Part shown: positions 60,906-64,000 of the stretch, in pieces
Layout: every line of letters starts with the position of its first letter
How positions within the stretch are numbered: the first letter of the stretch is position 1
From: Lingula anatina
Lineage: Eukaryota; Animalia; Brachiopoda
Reading direction: 5' to 3'
DNA: 64,000 nucleotides
Assembly (NCBI GenBank): GCA_051362555.1
Contig: CM120640.1
Coordinates: 20,460,001-20,524,000 of the forward strand
Made by a program: the position numbers and the translations under genes
Notes under the pieces: generated by a model
Told to the model about the DNA's origin: nothing
The model's input: only the letters and a program-made list of their open reading frames with translations
The model's database searches: none

Positions 60906-63900
60906 TAAGCTGCTGAAGTTGACAGCAATTTAGCGAGAATCCTCTTGGAGATAGATTGATGCAAAGTTCGCACGATAGGGGCTGGGAATGGTCCCTATAT
61001 GATTGCCATCGGATGGGTTGGTCCAAGAAATGGGAGACAAAATAACAACTAGACATCAAGTTCATCAAGTAGAGGCTGATGTTAATCTACCCGGTAGATG
61101 TGATCCTCATATCTACGGTCGCAGTAGCCTACTACATGTAGTCGCAGTTCTAGTCACAGTTCTCAAAATATTTGAAAGGTTTAGTTGTATATCTCGGAAT
61201 GAAAGACATGTACAAGACGATCCGACTTGGTGAAATGTGTTTCATTATTTCGTTTAAGTCACGAAGACAATGAGATTATGATATACGGTAGTTTGTAACT
61301 GTGACACAAGTAAAACTTGATAGAATTAAAATACATATGTCGATGAAACCAGACAAAATGGATAAGTTGGTTAACGAGCGGCCACATTCTGTAATATTGG
61401 TCGGTAGACGAAATCAATTTTATATTGTTATTTTTAAACATTTGAAGTTTAACTAGCATAGCAGCTATGTCAAATCCACAGTGGGCGATTTAAGAGCATA
61501 AAACGCAAAATGTTTTTTTCTTTTTTTTTTTTTTTGGGGGGGGGGGGGGGGATCAATTGTAAATTTTTCCAACATACCAAAAATAACTTTATGCTTTTTT
61601 ATTTGAATAAAAAAAAAGGCGCGAAAGAAATTGCTCATATCAGGGTAGGTCGCGCACCATCACTAAATCGTCACTATTGTTTTGCTTAAAATTATAACCG
61701 CAAGCACACTCCAACCCATATCGACTCTCAGCCCTTGCTCTGAGTCCCAACTGACACAATGAGATAAGTTTGTCTGTCTACAAATTAAAAAGTTATATGT
61801 TTTCTATTTTTCTTTTCCTGTGACTGTGTCACTTGTTAAGACGACAAAGATGAGCACTTTTGATTGAATTTATTAAACATACAGCAATATTTATAATTAA
61901 TGCAGCCTTCTTTAATGATATTCCCAACCGTTGCAACTTCATTTTATGAAATCCTCTCACTGGTACGGTAGAACTATGACAGTTACTTCCACAATTCCGA
62001 ATCCAAGATGTAATTAAGAACATACCCCTGAAACATAAAAGTAAATTCGTGAACTAGATCGAATAACTGTGTAATACAGAAAAAAGAAAAAATCTCTTTT
62101 AAAAACACTGTAAATAAAAAAACCACTTCATTGCAGCTACTAGAGCATTTCAATTGCATTTGATCAATTAGGATTCGACCTGTACAATGTAGAAGAAAAG
62201 AGGAAACCAAGTCAATGATTAAAATAATATAAGTTTTATAAACGCGCATCCAATCATTAAGTAACGTGATATTACACGCCGAGGTTTATTGCATTGAATT
62301 ACAAATTGGCACCAAAATAGAATTGTATATAACAATGTATATATAGAAGCACCGTAGATACATGTAATTGCCGATTTCAATTCGGGATCTCTTTACCGAA
62401 AAAAAAAAAAAAAACACGATTTGATATCGCGTACGGAGATCTTGGACCCATTATAATAGGTACAAGCAGAAATAAACTCCCTCTCTCCCCAGCTCCACCA
62501 GTTCAAGTTACCTAACTAGACCTGTCACTGTAGTCGTATGTTAACTTATTAGTCCGTTTTAACAGCGTAGAGGGAAATAATTAGCAAGAAATACTCCACC
62601 AAAAGGATTTTGATGGAGCTTGCGATACTTAACCCGAAATGTATAATGTCATTATATCAGTTAATTATTAATATTACACGTTTTTTATAACAGACAATCA
62701 CGGACCCATCTCGTATTACTCGGAAAGGAAAAGATATAATTAAATAATAACTTTTCGTTTGTTCCATAGCATCATGTTGTAAAGTTGATTCTTCAGACTC
62801 CCAAATGTGTCCAATAAAAACGCATGTCTACAGTATGTCTTTTCAGCATTTTATCAAACTTTCACAATTTTTCCAGATCTATAACTTTGCTTTACCCATG
62901 ATCACATCTCTACCTTTCATTGACCCTGTGTCTTATGCCATTCCATTAGTAGTTGTATGGAGTGGTAACATAAAATCAATTTTTGATGTAAGATTTTACT
63001 TTTCCGTAATACTTCATATCCATGAAGCACTGTGGTGCCCAGTTTATATACTTTGGCAGCTAAATCGTTTTACCAAGCACTGACACACCGACACGAGAAA
63101 GGTTGATCAAACAAGAAATAGGCTTGATTTATGGAAGATTTGATGACAAGGGCAATGTTCGCGACAAGTTCAAATTAGGATCACTCCTGATTTCCAATCA
63201 CATAAATGTGACTTGATTATCCGGAGCACAATTCCTTTTACCGACACAGCAACAATGAATATAACAATACACGCCCTAGTCTAAACCCGATCTCCCTTTT
63301 CATTGTACAGTTTGGCTAAACTGAGCTACTCATTTCTTCATTGCACGCTTGTCAAAGCTAAACGTTAAAACCTAATTCCTCAAATGTTCGCAAAAGCTTT
63401 TTTTGCTTTCAATTTAAGACTTATCAACACGACGCCGTTATTACGCAAAAAAAGTATTGTTCGTTGAGGAAGAATTCGATACCCAATCGTCTGACGTTGA
63501 CATCCGGCCGCCGCCCTGCATATTTATCAACAAATATAAGATCACGCATTGTGTTCGCCTGAAAGAATACTACACATGAGAACACCCAATAAAGTTAGAA
63601 TTCAGGACGTCACACTGCTAGGTCCAGGGTATTCAAAACTAAAGTATATCTGACTGGGCGATACAAGTGAAGGCTCAGCGTGTGAAGAGCCTGTTCGCGC
63701 ACTTGGCTGGCTGTTTATAGATTGATCTCTAGATCACGGGACGAGGGATTTACAGATGGTTTTAGTCACTACAATATGTACGACTTGAATTAGCACTGAT
63801 AATCACAGACAGCACTTGATACCAGTTGCAGTGGCAGTGATAACGTTGTATTTGGACGGCCTGATACAATAACATTGTTGAGAGGTGAGTTGGGCAGATT

Positions 63901-64000
63901 TGTTAACTTGACAAACTTCAGCAAAGAGGGAAAACTTGATTATAGACACAATATACTGACAGCAATTTCCTGTGATACTTAGTGATCTATAATGAATGGA

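Larger units (their letters stand above)
57860..60995 (+). mobile_element. Outer MITE 'X' (TAGATCGATCTA family) hosting nested insertions
   Basis: Left part 57860-58026 and right part 60909-60995 rejoin as cagacatt-TAA-gctgc when the inserts are removed. Confidence 0.7.

Noticed and set aside
62780-64000. Minus-strand coding-like sequence (for example PSLLKFVKL..LP.S, loosely hAT-like)
   Set aside because: Multiple stops and no diagnostic motif I can verify; needs a homology search.
1-64000. tRNA, rRNA or other structured RNA genes
   Set aside because: I recognised no cloverleaf, A/B box or rRNA motifs by eye. The long hairpins are explained by MITE TIRs. tRNAscan-SE and Infernal would be needed to exclude them.

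Overview
AT-rich, intron-rich animal genomic DNA, most likely a marine invertebrate (taxon not determinable from this window). Most ORFs in the track are spurious. The main feature is a ~40 kb minus-strand, multi-exon adhesion GPCR gene that I assembled by hand. It has at least 23 GT-AG exons between 55317 and ~16570, all with compatible splice phases, and encodes ~1,100 aa. Its deduced architecture is unusual: signal peptide, LRRNT, 3 LRRs, LRRCT-like cap, Ly6/uPAR three-finger (LU) domain, SEA-like domain, HRM, GAIN/GPS (HL|TNF) and an ADGRG2/G6-like 7TM. An intact single-exon class A GPCR (45650-47221, + strand) sits antisense inside the intron that splits the LU domain. The rest is non-autonomous DNA transposons, LINE relics, local duplications and microsatellites. 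These include a four-level nested stack of Harbinger-like MITEs at 57.9-61.0 kb in which the same target motif was hit three times. All gene models and family assignments come from motif reading only, with no alignment or expression data.
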